From contig JAKFBS010000003.1 in assembly GCA_036677065.1 (NCBI GenBank), positions 384,001-448,000 of the forward strand: a stretch of DNA of 64,000 nt. Reading direction: 5' to 3'. Source of the DNA: Bdellovibrio sp. Lineage in GTDB: Bacteria; Bdellovibrionota; Bdellovibrionia; Bdellovibrionales; Bdellovibrionaceae. Below are positions 18,002 through 27,117 of this stretch, piece after piece (position 1 is the first letter of the stretch; each line of letters begins with the position of its first letter). Both the position numbers and the translations under genes were made by a program. The notes under the pieces were generated by a model, which was not told the DNA's origin, did not search any database, and saw only the letters and a program-made list of their open reading frames with translations.

Positions 18002-19582
18002 TTATTTTTCTTCTATGGGAAGGCTCACGGTAAACGTTGAGCCTTTTCCAATTTCACTATCAACAGAGACAGTTCCCACGTGAGCAACAACGATTTCACG
18101 CGAGATGAACAATCCTAAACCTAAGCCGTCAAAATTTTTAATTGAACTTGCGCGTTCAAAACGCTCAAATATTTTTTCACGATCTTCAGGCGCAATGCCG
18201 ATCCCCTGATCTTCAACTCGCAGTACGGCGCGATCATTTTCTTTCAACACAGAAACTTGAACCGGCTTTCCGGCTCCATATTTTATCGCGTTACTCAATA
18301 AGCAGTTAACAACTTGTTCCAGTCGGTTGAAATCCCAAACGCCTTTCACTGGACCATTGGTTGTTATGATGATTGTGCAATTACGTCGTTTTGAATTTTC
18401 TAAATGACGTTCCTGAGCCTGCAGCACAAGTTCGACTAAATCCATAGGCTCTTTATTTAAAACTAATCGCCCAGCAGTGATTCTTGAAACATCTAACAGA
18501 TCATCAGTTAAATTAACTAATTTTGAAACTTCACGGTCAGTGTGATCTAAAGCCTGCATCAGAACTTGCGCCTTAGGAAACATTTCAACCGTCATTTTTC
18601 GGGCTTCACGTTTGAACCAATCTAAATACATTTTTAAAGGTGTCAGTGGAGTACGTAATTCGTGCGAGGCTATGGCTAAAAACTCATCACGGGCTCTTAC
18701 GGATTTTTCAGCATCAAGGCGGGCCTGGTGTTCATTCATTAAAAGGCGGTCACGTTCAGCTTCGGCATTTCGTTGTTTCGTCACATCCCTAAAACTCCAA
18801 ACCCTTCCGACAACGACGCCGTGAAGCTTTTGTGGCTGCGAATAGCGTTCGAAGATTCTGCCATCTTTAAATTCAAGAGTGTCTGCGCTTTTTTCATTGG
18901 GATGAGCATAAATTTTTTCGGTTTTTATTAAAAAGTCTTCGGTGTCTTTAAGTTGATCTTTGATCGCTGCGATAAGCGTTCCCGAAACATAGTTAACCAT
19001 ATCTTCATCTTTGACGTTCCACATCTGCAATAGTTTTTGATTGTAGGTCATCGCTCGCCTTTGCAAATCGATCACAAGTATGCCATCAGCTGTGGCTTCA
19101 AGCGTGGCTTCAAGTTTTGAGAGCCAACTTTGAAGTTCAGCGGTTCTTTCTTGAATTTTAATTTCTAAACTATCGCGTGCTTGTTCGAGCTCTTCTTGCA
19201 TCAGTTTTCGTTCGGTAATATCCCGGGTTATGAGTGTTGCACTGATCACTTTGCCGTTGATGATTACTGGAGCGATTTTTGTCGAATACCAGGCTGGCTG
19301 CTTTTTCGAATCGTGGCTTAGAATTTCATATTCTGCCGGTATCGCTTTGGTAAAAACTTTATCTAATGCATTCAGCATCGTAGGAATGTGATCGGGTTGA
19401 ACGAAATCTGTAGCGAGTCTTCCGATCACTTCATCTTTTGAAAAGGCTGCGATGGTTCTATTAATAAATAAAATTCTGCCGTCTGGTCCAATGCTGATAA
19501 TAATATCTGGAGCTGTTTCAGCAAGTTGACGCCACTTTGATTCAGTCTCACGCAAAGTGCGCGATGTTTCAGTTTGCATCAT
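18002..19582 (-). CDS. Cytoplasmic PAS-PAS sensor histidine kinase
   Basis: Two PAS domains; H-box ASHELRTPLT; NAIKY, DQGIGI and GLGLGL. Confidence 0.9.
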   Translation of the reverse strand: MMQTETSRTLRETESKWRQLAETAPDIIISIGPDGRILFINRTIAAFSKDEVIGRLATDFVQPDHIPTMLNALDKVFTKAIPAEYEILSHDSKKQPAWYSTKIAPVIINGKVISATLITRDITERKLMQEELEQARDSLEIKIQERTAELQSWLSKLEATLEATADGILVIDLQRRAMTYNQKLLQMWNVKDEDMVNYVSGTLIAAIKDQLKDTEDFLIKTEKIYAHPNEKSADTLEFKDGRIFERYSQPQKLHGVVVGRVWSFRDVTKQRNAEAERDRLLMNEHQARLDAEKSVRARDEFLAIASHELRTPLTPLKMYLDWFKREARKMTVEMFPKAQVLMQALDHTDREVSKLVNLTDDLLDVSRITAGRLVLNKEPMDLVELVLQAQERHLENSKRRNCTIIITTNGPVKGVWDFNRLEQVVNCLLSNAIKYGAGKPVQVSVLKENDRAVLRVEDQGIGIAPEDREKIFERFERASSIKNFDGLGLGLFISREIVVAHVGTVSVDSEIGKGSTFTVSLPIEEK

Positions 19583-19995
19583 TGCAGTTTTTCGCTCGGG
19601 CAGTGATGGCGAACAATATCTAAAAGTATATCAATACGAATGGGTTTTTTTAAAACACCGTAGAAATTTTCTTTACTTGTGATTTGGTCGGCAAAGGCAG
19701 TGACAGCTAATAACGGGATACTTTTATAAAGAGAATTTTTTTTGGCTTCTTCAGAAAATGTCCAGCCATCCATAACCGGCATCATCATATCTAATAAGAT
19801 CATGCAAGGTTTTGGAATTTGCGAAAGGAGGGCTAAGCCCTCTTTGCCGTTGGTGGCCGTAATCGGGTAATAACCTTCGGCTTCCAACATAGCTTTCATA
19901 AGTTCTCGAATATCGTCGTCATCTTCGATAACCATGATCGGGTGAATGTGTTTTGAATGCAGATATTTTACATCTTCCGATGAGAGTTCATTCAT
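19579..19995 (-). CDS. Single-domain response regulator
   Basis: VIEDDDD, LLDMMMPVMDG and KP motifs. Confidence 0.9.
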   Translation of the reverse strand: MNELSSEDVKYLHSKHIHPIMVIEDDDDIRELMKAMLEAEGYYPITATNGKEGLALLSQIPKPCMILLDMMMPVMDGWTFSEEAKKNSLYKSIPLLAVTAFADQITSKENFYGVLKKPIRIDILLDIVRHHCPSEKLQ

Positions 19996-20066
19996 TGCCT
20001 TTTAAACTCTGCAATAGTTGTGCAGGGCAAAACAGGTAAACTTCGTACTATCGTGCCCCAAATATG

Positions 20067-20095
20067 CAAAAAGCCCTCGCGCGGAGGGCTTTTTG
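20067..20095 (-). terminator. Intrinsic terminator
   Basis: CAAAAAGCCCTC-GCGCG-GAGGGCTTTTTG downstream of the H1-like gene. Confidence 0.8.
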
Positions 20096-20124
20096 ACTCA
20101 TTAATTTTTTAGCAAAATTAAAAT

Positions 20125-20661
20125 CTAGATGTAACCTTCGTCATCATCATTTTCTTCTTCTTCGTCAGCAGTTAAAATGCTGTCTTCTTCGATGTCTTCT
20201 TCTAAATCTTCTTCAGCATCTTCAGCTTCTAAAGTTTCGAAACCTTCACCTTCTTCATCATCGTCTTCATCTAAAGGTTCAGCGTCTTCTAAAGGGTCTT
20301 CGTCGCCAACCATTGCATCTAATTCTAATTCATCATCAAACTCAGAATCGATATCAGAAAAAGATGTTTGTAAAGGAGCTACAACTGCAGCAACTTTTTT
20401 AGCTGCTGGTTTAGCGGCTTTTTTAGCAGGCTTAGCAGCCGCTTTTTTCGGAGCAGCTTTTTTAGCCGTTACTTTTTTTGCCGGTTTAGCAGCTTTTTTA
20501 GGTGCAGATTTTTTTACAACTTTTTTAGGAGCTGGTTTAGCAGCTTTTTTAGCTTTAGGAGCCGCTTTTTTCGCAGCCTTTTTTGCTGTTACTTTTTTAG
20601 GAGCAGCTTTTTTCGGAGCCGCTTTTTTTACAACTTTTTTTGCAGGTTTTTTCTTAGCCAT
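20125..20661 (-). CDS. Histone H1-like Lys/Ala/Pro-repeat protein with long acidic C-terminal block
   Basis: MAKKKPAKK... AAPKK/PAKK repeats followed by an Asp/Glu-rich tail; SD GGAG before ATG 20661; own terminator. Confidence 0.75.
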   Translation of the reverse strand: MAKKKPAKKVVKKAAPKKAAPKKVTAKKAAKKAAPKAKKAAKPAPKKVVKKSAPKKAAKPAKKVTAKKAAPKKAAAKPAKKAAKPAAKKVAAVVAPLQTSFSDIDSEFDDELELDAMVGDEDPLEDAEPLDEDDDEEGEGFETLEAEDAEEDLEEDIEEDSILTADEEEENDDDEGYI

Positions 20662-20752
20662 ATGAATTCTCCATTTGTTAAACGAAAACACTCATAAGAC
20701 TAGAGAAAAATAAACTCGTAAGCAAGAGCTAGGTGCTTGGAACTAGATGTTA

Positions 20753-21508
20753 TTAAAGTCCAAAATGGTCTTCAAGGATGCGCGCAAACTCAGGAGGTAC
20801 TACCCCAGACATAAAAAGCCCTGGTTGATGGCCACTTTTCGCATTGACGTAGGTCAAATATCCAAAAGTTTTGCTCTTATCAGCATTTTTGATCGGCACC
20901 GTGATATTGATTGGTATCGGAAGTGCTGCTTTATCTGGCAACGTCATAAAAAGGCCGAAAGCACTTAAGCCAATATATAGATTAATCTTCGTGTTGTTAT
21001 TCGACGGAAAACTTAAAGCTAAGCTGGGTAACTCATTTTGTCCAGCAGGCATGGCCGGTAATGGGTCACCATTCGGTAAACGGGTAGCTGGTACGGTTGT
21101 GATTCCTTTTAAAATATATTTAATGGGAACACGAACGGCCATTTTCATTTTGCCTGTACCATCAAAAACCGGAGTGAAAGAGATATCGGGATACTTATTA
21201 AATGTACCTGATGGAGTGAATACTACGCCCGAAGGCATAGGTAACATAATTACGAATTCGCCACGCGTTTTATCAATATCTAAGGCTAAGGCGCCGTTGA
21301 AGCCTAATTTATTAGATGAATCGTCGACACGACTTTTCATATCCACTGAATCAATACTAGGATTAGTTGGAGTTGGAACATCCGGGTTATCATTGCCTAA
21401 GCCTGTTTGTTCCTGGCCACCTTGATCTAACGATTTAAGTTCAGGTACAGAACCACCACAAGCTGTTAATAAGGTCACTAATGTAAGAAGTGTAATTTTA
21501 AGTTTCAT
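20753..21508 (-). CDS. Hypothetical lipoprotein
   Basis: LLTAC lipobox; SD GAGG. Confidence 0.7.
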   Translation of the reverse strand: MKLKITLLTLVTLLTACGGSVPELKSLDQGGQEQTGLGNDNPDVPTPTNPSIDSVDMKSRVDDSSNKLGFNGALALDIDKTRGEFVIMLPMPSGVVFTPSGTFNKYPDISFTPVFDGTGKMKMAVRVPIKYILKGITTVPATRLPNGDPLPAMPAGQNELPSLALSFPSNNNTKINLYIGLSAFGLFMTLPDKAALPIPINITVPIKNADKSKTFGYLTYVNAKSGHQPGLFMSGVVPPEFARILEDHFGL

Positions 21509-21526
21509 GGTTTACCTCGCCCAAAA

Positions 21527-21554
21527 TTATCGGACCAAGGTCTAGTTCACTTAA
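21527..21554 (-). promoter_or_regulatory. Putative sigma28 promoter for the lipoprotein gene
   Basis: Minus strand TTAAG-N15-TCCGATAA. Confidence 0.55.
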
Positions 21555-21565
21555 GTGTTTATTCT

Positions 21566-21600
21566 AAAAAAAAAGCCGATCGTAATGATCGGCTTTTTTT
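21566..21600 (-). terminator. Intrinsic terminator after flagellin
   Basis: A-run-GCCGATC-GTAAT-GATCGGC-T-run. Confidence 0.85.
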
Positions 21601-21643
21601 CGTCAACTAAGTTGACATATAGCTGTATATTAATCCGTCAATA

Positions 21644-22474
21644 TTAGCCAATTAACTTCAACGCTAACTGCGTTGATTGGTTAGCTTGTGCTAATGTTGC
21701 AGTACCAGCTTGTAACAATACTGTATTACGAGCCATATCAGAAGTCGCAGATGCTACGTCAGTATCACGGATACGTGAATTTGCTGCAGCTAAGTTTTCT
21801 TCAGTGATCGCTAAAGTATCTACTGTAGAAGTCATACGATTTTGTAAGGCACCTAAGTTTGCTCTCATTGCATTTACTCTTTGTTGAGCCGCTTCGATAG
21901 TATCGATTGAGCTACGAGCCGAGTCGCGTTTAGAAAAATCTAAATCAGCGATACCTAAAGCATCTACTGTTGCAACGTTGCTTGCTGCATCGAAAGTGAT
22001 CTTATCAAATTCAGTCGAGAACATACCAATCTGGAAATCGAATGCCGGAGATGAACCATCTAGTAATGATGTTGAGTTCCAACGAGTTGATTTACCGATA
22101 CGTTGAGTCTCATCTTTTAACTGCGCGATTTCTGTTTGGATTAACGAACGCTCTTGATCGCCGATCGTATCAGAGGCTGCTTGGATCGCTAACTCACGTT
22201 GACGAATCAAGATATTAGAGATTTCGCCTAAGCCACCCTCAGCAGTTTGCACTAAAGAGATCGCGTCGTTTGCATTACGTTTTGCTTGAACTGCAGATCT
22301 AATTTGTCCACGCATAGTTTCTGAGATCGCTAAGCCTGCAGCATCATCTGCTGCTTTGTTAATACGAGAACCAGAAGCTAATTGCGCCGATGATGACTGC
22401 ATTAAGCGTTGGCTGTTGCTCATGTTACGTTGTGTGTTGATAGCTGCTACGTTTGTTGAAATTCTTAATCCCAT
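21644..22474 (-). CDS. fliC: Flagellin (short, 276 aa)
   Basis: LASGSRINKAADDAAGLAISE, RANLGALQNR and SRIRDTD motifs. Confidence 0.96.
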   Translation of the reverse strand: MGLRISTNVAAINTQRNMSNSQRLMQSSSAQLASGSRINKAADDAAGLAISETMRGQIRSAVQAKRNANDAISLVQTAEGGLGEISNILIRQRELAIQAASDTIGDQERSLIQTEIAQLKDETQRIGKSTRWNSTSLLDGSSPAFDFQIGMFSTEFDKITFDAASNVATVDALGIADLDFSKRDSARSSIDTIEAAQQRVNAMRANLGALQNRMTSTVDTLAITEENLAAANSRIRDTDVASATSDMARNTVLLQAGTATLAQANQSTQLALKLIG

Positions 22475-22748
22475 TGTAAATTCCTTTTAATCTTTTTAAG
22501 TTGTATTTTTCATATCTAATTCCTTCCGTGTGTTGTTTTCGTAAAGTCTGCATCCTAGCAAACTCTTTCGCGCCTAGAGTACCCACCATGGGTATTGTTA
22601 TGTGGCGCTGCCTATTTAATATTCCTTCAATTTTTAGTTCATCCTTAATTCGTCCTTGAAGCCTCCTCTCAAAAAGCATTGAGAACATGTCTTGCGAAAT
22701 TGCATGACCTTGTTCTTAGAGACATCCAGTCTCTTGATTTATTACTTA
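22475..22748 (-). promoter_or_regulatory. Long structured flagellin 5' leader with nine GGA motifs (putative CsrA-binding array)
   Basis: Nine GGA on the minus strand and none on the plus strand; several sit in hairpin loops, e.g. AGAGAC-UGGAU-GUCUCU. Confidence 0.65.
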
Positions 22749-22754
22749 TCTTAG

Positions 22755-22781
22755 TTTTCGGTGTCTGTGGGGGAATCTTGA
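22755..22781 (-). promoter_or_regulatory. Putative sigma28 promoter of flagellin
   Basis: Minus strand TCAA-N15-ACCGAAAA. Confidence 0.6.
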
Positions 22782-22944
22782 CAGGATGTTAGAATAGAAA
22801 ATGTAATTAAAATTATTTTCTCTAGTCGTGTTTTCCCTCTGAAAGTATTGATTTCAACACGTCAGTCTTAGGACTCGACGAGGCTTAATATCAGTCTGTG
22901 GAATGTTCGTCGAGTCAAGTCGGGCGTCAGGAAAAGCGCAGTAG

Positions 22945-23589
22945 TTAAGGCTTGCGAGAGATGTAGAAATTATCTTTGATGGTGAATCGTAATTCCCAGT
23001 GTTTTGCTTCTTGTGCGTAATCAATTCCTACTCGGGGAGAAGCAATAATGTTTGCTGGTTTTATTTTCATTCCAACATCTTCGATAAAGAGCTGATCATC
23101 TGTAAGTAACAACTCATTGTGATTGCGTGTGATTTTTAAGGCTTGCGCTAATTTGCCTGGCCCAGTCGTTAAGTTCCATAGATGTTTTTTGTTTTCAGGA
23201 TCAAAAGTTTTCTGTTTGCGATTTTTTGCCATGACCATTAAACCTTCATCAGGTTCTAACGAGCGAATAAGTACGGCTTCTGGAATATCTTCTTTTTGGG
23301 TAACGACGTTTAGACAATCATAAATACCATAAATTAAATACACATAACTATGACCACCAGTTAGATACATACTTTCTGTGCGCTTGGTCTTTCTATTGCC
23401 AAAGGTATGACAACCACGATCTTTGATTCCTAAGTACGCTTCTGTTTCTGTAATAATACCTGATAATCTTTTACCATTTACGATATGAACTAGACGTTTA
23501 CCTAACAACTCTTGGGCAACAAGAGTCGTGTCACGTTGATAAAATGATTTTTTTAATTTAGTCGATTTCAAGAAAACGGCATTGAGCAA
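22945..23589 (-). CDS. mpg: DNA-3-methyladenine glycosylase (MPG/AAG family)
   Basis: ITETEAY, YVYLIYG, AVLIRSLEP, GPGKL and RVGI motifs; start approximate. Confidence 0.92.
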   Translation of the reverse strand: MLNAVFLKSTKLKKSFYQRDTTLVAQELLGKRLVHIVNGKRLSGIITETEAYLGIKDRGCHTFGNRKTKRTESMYLTGGHSYVYLIYGIYDCLNVVTQKEDIPEAVLIRSLEPDEGLMVMAKNRKQKTFDPENKKHLWNLTTGPGKLAQALKITRNHNELLLTDDQLFIEDVGMKIKPANIIASPRVGIDYAQEAKHWELRFTIKDNFYISRKP

Positions 23590-23818
23590 TTTTCCCGCTC
23601 AACTCATAGGAATGAAGAGAGTTCGCACGCAAGTGATTTGCCGTATTAAAGCCTAGCGTGCATGTTATTGTTTCAGAGGCGAAATGGGAGCAGTCTTCGC
23701 AGGCAAACGGAATCTTATAAGCGTTGAAATCACGAGGATGAATAACATCTTTTTTCATAGACGGTCTAATGCGAGATGGCGACTGTTTTATAGGGTTTTT
23801 AGCATTAGCTTTCGACAT
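23558..23818 (-). CDS. Small Cys-rich hypothetical protein (possible metal binding)
   Basis: CEDCSHF...C...C; overlaps the mpg start. Confidence 0.6.
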   Translation of the reverse strand: MSKANAKNPIKQSPSRIRPSMKKDVIHPRDFNAYKIPFACEDCSHFASETITCTLGFNTANHLRANSLHSYELSGKIAQCRFLEID

Positions 23819-23899
23819 AGGATTTATATAGGACCTCGGGTTGACAAATGCAATCTATAACTCATTCTTACTATATGGTGAAACCATAAGGATAAATAC

Positions 23900-26446
23900 A
23901 TGAGTAATGAAATCCAAAAAATGACCAGAAGAAGCCAAGAAGCCATGCAAGCGGCCGCTAAACTTGCCGAGAGTAAAAAGAACTCTTCTGTCGAACCAGA
24001 ACATTTAATACTAGAATTAGTTGAACAAGACGACGGCGTAGTTCCGCGCGTTTTACAAGAAGCTAAAGTTCAGCCTGTAACTTTAATCACGCCTTTGAAT
24101 AAAGCGATTAACCAGTTTCCACAATTGTCGCAGGCGCAATCCAATATTTATGCAAGCCCTCGTTTGCAGAAATTATTTAAATACGCTGAAGCTGAAATGG
24201 TTGAACTGCAAGACGAGTTAATTTCAACCGAGCATTTTCTTTTAGCTTTGTTTAAAATCGATGATAACGGTTTAAGAAAAATAATTGAAACTTCAGGTTT
24301 AAAAAAAGCTTCTATCGTTGAAGCTTTAAAAAAAGTACGTGGTAATCAAAGAGTGACAACAGACGAGCCAGAAAACCAATACGAAGTCTTAAAAAAATAC
24401 GCGCGTGATCTGACAGCCTTAGCCGCTGAAGGAAAACTAGATCCTGTTGTCGGCCGTGACGAAGAAATTCGCCGCGTGATTCAGGTATTATCACGCCGTA
24501 CAAAAAACAATCCAGTTCTTATCGGAGAACCCGGTGTTGGTAAAACAGCTATCGCTGAAGGCATGGCTTTACGTATTATTAAAAAAGATGTGCCCGATCA
24601 CTTAGTGGGTAAAAAACTAATGGCTCTGGATTTGGGAGCTTTAATCGCCGGCGCAAAATATCGCGGTGAATTTGAAGACCGTTTAAAAGCCGTCATCAAA
24701 GAAGTGACCACAAGCCACGGCGAAATTATTTTATTTATCGATGAATTACATACACTAGTTGGAGCAGGTAAAGGCGAAGGAGCGATGGATGCGGGGCAAT
24801 TATTAAAGCCAGCATTATCACGTGGTGAACTTCGTTGTATCGGTGCAACGACATTGGATGAATATCGTCAGTACATAGAAAAAGATGCGGCCTTAGAGCG
24901 CCGTTTTCAAACAGTCTTAGTTGATGAACCCACAGTTGATGAGACAATCACGATCTTACGTGGTTTAAAAGAAAAATACGAAGTTCATCATGGCGTACAA
25001 ATCACGGATGCCGCGATCATAGCTGCAGCGAAACTTTCACATCGTTATATTACAAATCGGTTCTTGCCAGATAAGGCAATTGATCTTATCGATGAAGCCG
25101 CCAGTAAGCTCGGTATTGAAAATCGCAGCGTGCCTGAAGAGGTCGATCAAATTGAACGCCAGATTTTAAATTATAAAATCGAATTAGAAGCGTTAAAAAA
25201 AGATAATGATAAACAATCCATCGAACGTAAGGATAAAATTTCTGCAGAATTAAAAGATCTGCAAGTCAAAGCGCAAGCTTTGCGCGAGAAATGGAACTTC
25301 GAACGCAGCCAGATCGATAACGTTAAAGGCTTAAAATCAGAGATCGAACAGATCCGTAACGAGATCAGCCGGGCTGAGCGTGATGCTCAGTATGAAAAAG
25401 CTGCGCAATTAAAATACGGCAAACTTCCTGAAGTAGAAAAAAAATTAGCAGAGCTTGAAAGTAAACTGCAAACTAAAGACGGTGCGCTGTTAAAAGAAAA
25501 AGTTGACGCTGAAGATATCGCCGATGTGGTTTCTAAATGGACGCACATTCCGGTGAACCGAATGCTTGAGAGCGAAATGCAAAAGCTATTACATATGGAA
25601 GACGCTTTAAAAAAGAAAGTCGTCGGCCAAGATCAGGCATTAGAAGTAATTGCAGATGCAGTTAGAAGGTCACGTGCAGAAATTGCTGATCCAAATAGAC
25701 CAATCGGTACTTTTATTTTCGTAGGTCCAACGGGAGTCGGTAAAACAGAAACGGTAAAAGCCTTAGCCGATTTTTTATTTGATGATCCAGCAGCCGTTGT
25801 GCGCGTTGATATGTCTGAGTACATGGAAAAACATTCGGTTTCGCGTTTAATCGGCGCGCCTCCGGGATATGTGGGTTACGAAGAGGGCGGTCAACTTACA
25901 GAAGTTGTTCGGCGTAAACCGTATGCTGTGATTTTATTAGATGAAATCGAAAAAGCACATCCAGATGTGTTCAATGTTTTATTACAGCTTTTAGATGAAG
26001 GCCGTTTAACCGACGGGCAAGGTCGCACCGTTGATTTTAAAAACACAGTGATTGTGATGACTTCAAACTTAGGCGCAAGCCAAGGCAGTGAAGCTATTCA
26101 AGCTGCACTTAAAACTTTCTTCCGCCCTGAATTTTTAAATCGTGTTGATGATGTGATTGAATTCAAATCGTTAAGTAAAGATAACTTAGCAGGTATCGTA
26201 AAAATTCAATTACAACAAGTGGTGCAAAGATTAGCGCAGAAAAATATCAAAGTTAGTTTCAGTGATAATGTTATTAATTACCTGGGTGAAAAAGGTTTTG
26301 ATCCGGTGTTTGGCGCCAGACCATTAAAACGAATTATCCAGACAGAAGTCTTAAATCCACTAGCGAAAAAAATGATTGCTGGTGATATCAAGGCTGATTC
26401 TGTGGTAAAAATAGATTATGAAAATAATTCTATTTCTTTTAGTTAG
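23900..26446 (+). CDS. clpB: ATP-dependent disaggregase ClpB
   Basis: Clp N-domain, two AAA+ modules ([16 protein letters not shown]) and coiled-coil M-domain. Confidence 0.95.
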   Translation: MSNEIQKMTRRSQEAMQAAAKLAESKKNSSVEPEHLILELVEQDDGVVPRVLQEAKVQPVTLITPLNKAINQFPQLSQAQSNIYASPRLQKLFKYAEAEMVELQDELISTEHFLLALFKIDDNGLRKIIETSGLKKASIVEALKKVRGNQRVTTDEPENQYEVLKKYARDLTALAAEGKLDPVVGRDEEIRRVIQVLSRRTKNNPVLIGEPGVGKTAIAEGMALRIIKKDVPDHLVGKKLMALDLGALIAGAKYRGEFEDRLKAVIKEVTTSHGEIILFIDELHTLVGAGKGEGAMDAGQLLKPALSRGELRCIGATTLDEYRQYIEKDAALERRFQTVLVDEPTVDETITILRGLKEKYEVHHGVQITDAAIIAAAKLSHRYITNRFLPDKAIDLIDEAASKLGIENRSVPEEVDQIERQILNYKIELEALKKDNDKQSIERKDKISAELKDLQVKAQALREKWNFERSQIDNVKGLKSEIEQIRNEISRAERDAQYEKAAQLKYGKLPEVEKKLAELESKLQTKDGALLKEKVDAEDIADVVSKWTHIPVNRMLESEMQKLLHMEDALKKKVVGQDQALEVIADAVRRSRAEIADPNRPIGTFIFVGPTGVGKTETVKALADFLFDDPAAVVRVDMSEYMEKHSVSRLIGAPPGYVGYEEGGQLTEVVRRKPYAVILLDEIEKAHPDVFNVLLQLLDEGRLTDGQGRTVDFKNTVIVMTSNLGASQGSEAIQAALKTFFRPEFLNRVDDVIEFKSLSKDNLAGIVKIQLQQVVQRLAQKNIKVSFSDNVINYLGEKGFDPVFGARPLKRIIQTEVLNPLAKKMIAGDIKADSVVKIDYENNSISFS

Positions 26447-26921
26447 TTTATCGTTATCTACAACATTTGCTAAAGATACCCCATTGATCACTGGTGATCT
26501 CGGGGGATCTTCAGGTAATAACAACGGCACTACTTACCAAGAAGTTCATTTAGGTATAAATCTAAATTTTACTGACTGGTTAACTTGGCGCAATTCAGGT
26601 TTTCAAAGATCTGGATCAAAAATGGAAACTTATACGGGCTTAGATTCAACTATGCGCTTAGTATTAAGAACTAAATTCAACCAAAGCGGTGGAGCTCACT
26701 TCTTCCTAGGGCCTGGTTATCGCTGGACAAGCAAAGAAATTAACAATGCGGTCATCGGTGAAGCCGGTCTTGGCGTCAACTTCTCTGGAGTTGGCTTAAG
26801 CGGTGGAGCAAAATACCTAAAATACGATAAGCCTCGTCTTGATTCAGACGGTAATGTTTTAAAAAGCGAAGATGTAAGCTATTTCATCAATATTTCTGGA
26901 AATACAAGCTTCGGAAAATAA
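26418..26921 (+). CDS. Secreted or outer-membrane beta-barrel hypothetical protein
   Basis: Signal peptide ending TFA; beta-strand pattern; overlaps the clpB end. Confidence 0.6.
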   Translation: MKIILFLLVSLSLSTTFAKDTPLITGDLGGSSGNNNGTTYQEVHLGINLNFTDWLTWRNSGFQRSGSKMETYTGLDSTMRLVLRTKFNQSGGAHFFLGPGYRWTSKEINNAVIGEAGLGVNFSGVGLSGGAKYLKYDKPRLDSDGNVLKSEDVSYFINISGNTSFGK

Positions 26922-26945
26922 CTTATCGTTACATAATTTTTCTTG

Positions 26946-26976
26946 AAAGGATTGCGCTGCTAGCAATCCTTTTTTT
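26946..26976 (+). terminator. Intrinsic terminator
   Basis: AAAGGATTGC-loop-GCAATCCTTT-TTTT. Confidence 0.8.
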
Positions 26977-27117
26977 ATTGTTTAAACTTTTTTCACATTC
27001 TCAATCTTATGTTTTAATTGTTCCAAACTCCTTTAGGTCTAGGAAAAATTTACCGAACTAGCTCTTTGTCTGGGGTATTCATGTAATCTCTGTAGCTGGA
27101 CAGTAAAGGTGGAATTG

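Noticed and set aside
20177..20665. 162-aa Ser/Ala/Phe-rich plus-strand ORF
   Set aside because: Antisense shadow of the low-complexity Lys/acidic gene, which has the SD and terminator
22425..22688. 87-aa ORF across the flagellin leader
   Set aside because: No recognisable protein features, and it overlaps the fliC start out of frame. RNA structure and GGA motifs explain the region better, though a regulatory uORF cannot be excluded
23819..23899. CIRCE/HrcA operator upstream of clpB
   Set aside because: No TTAGCACTC-N9-GAGTGCTAA match is present
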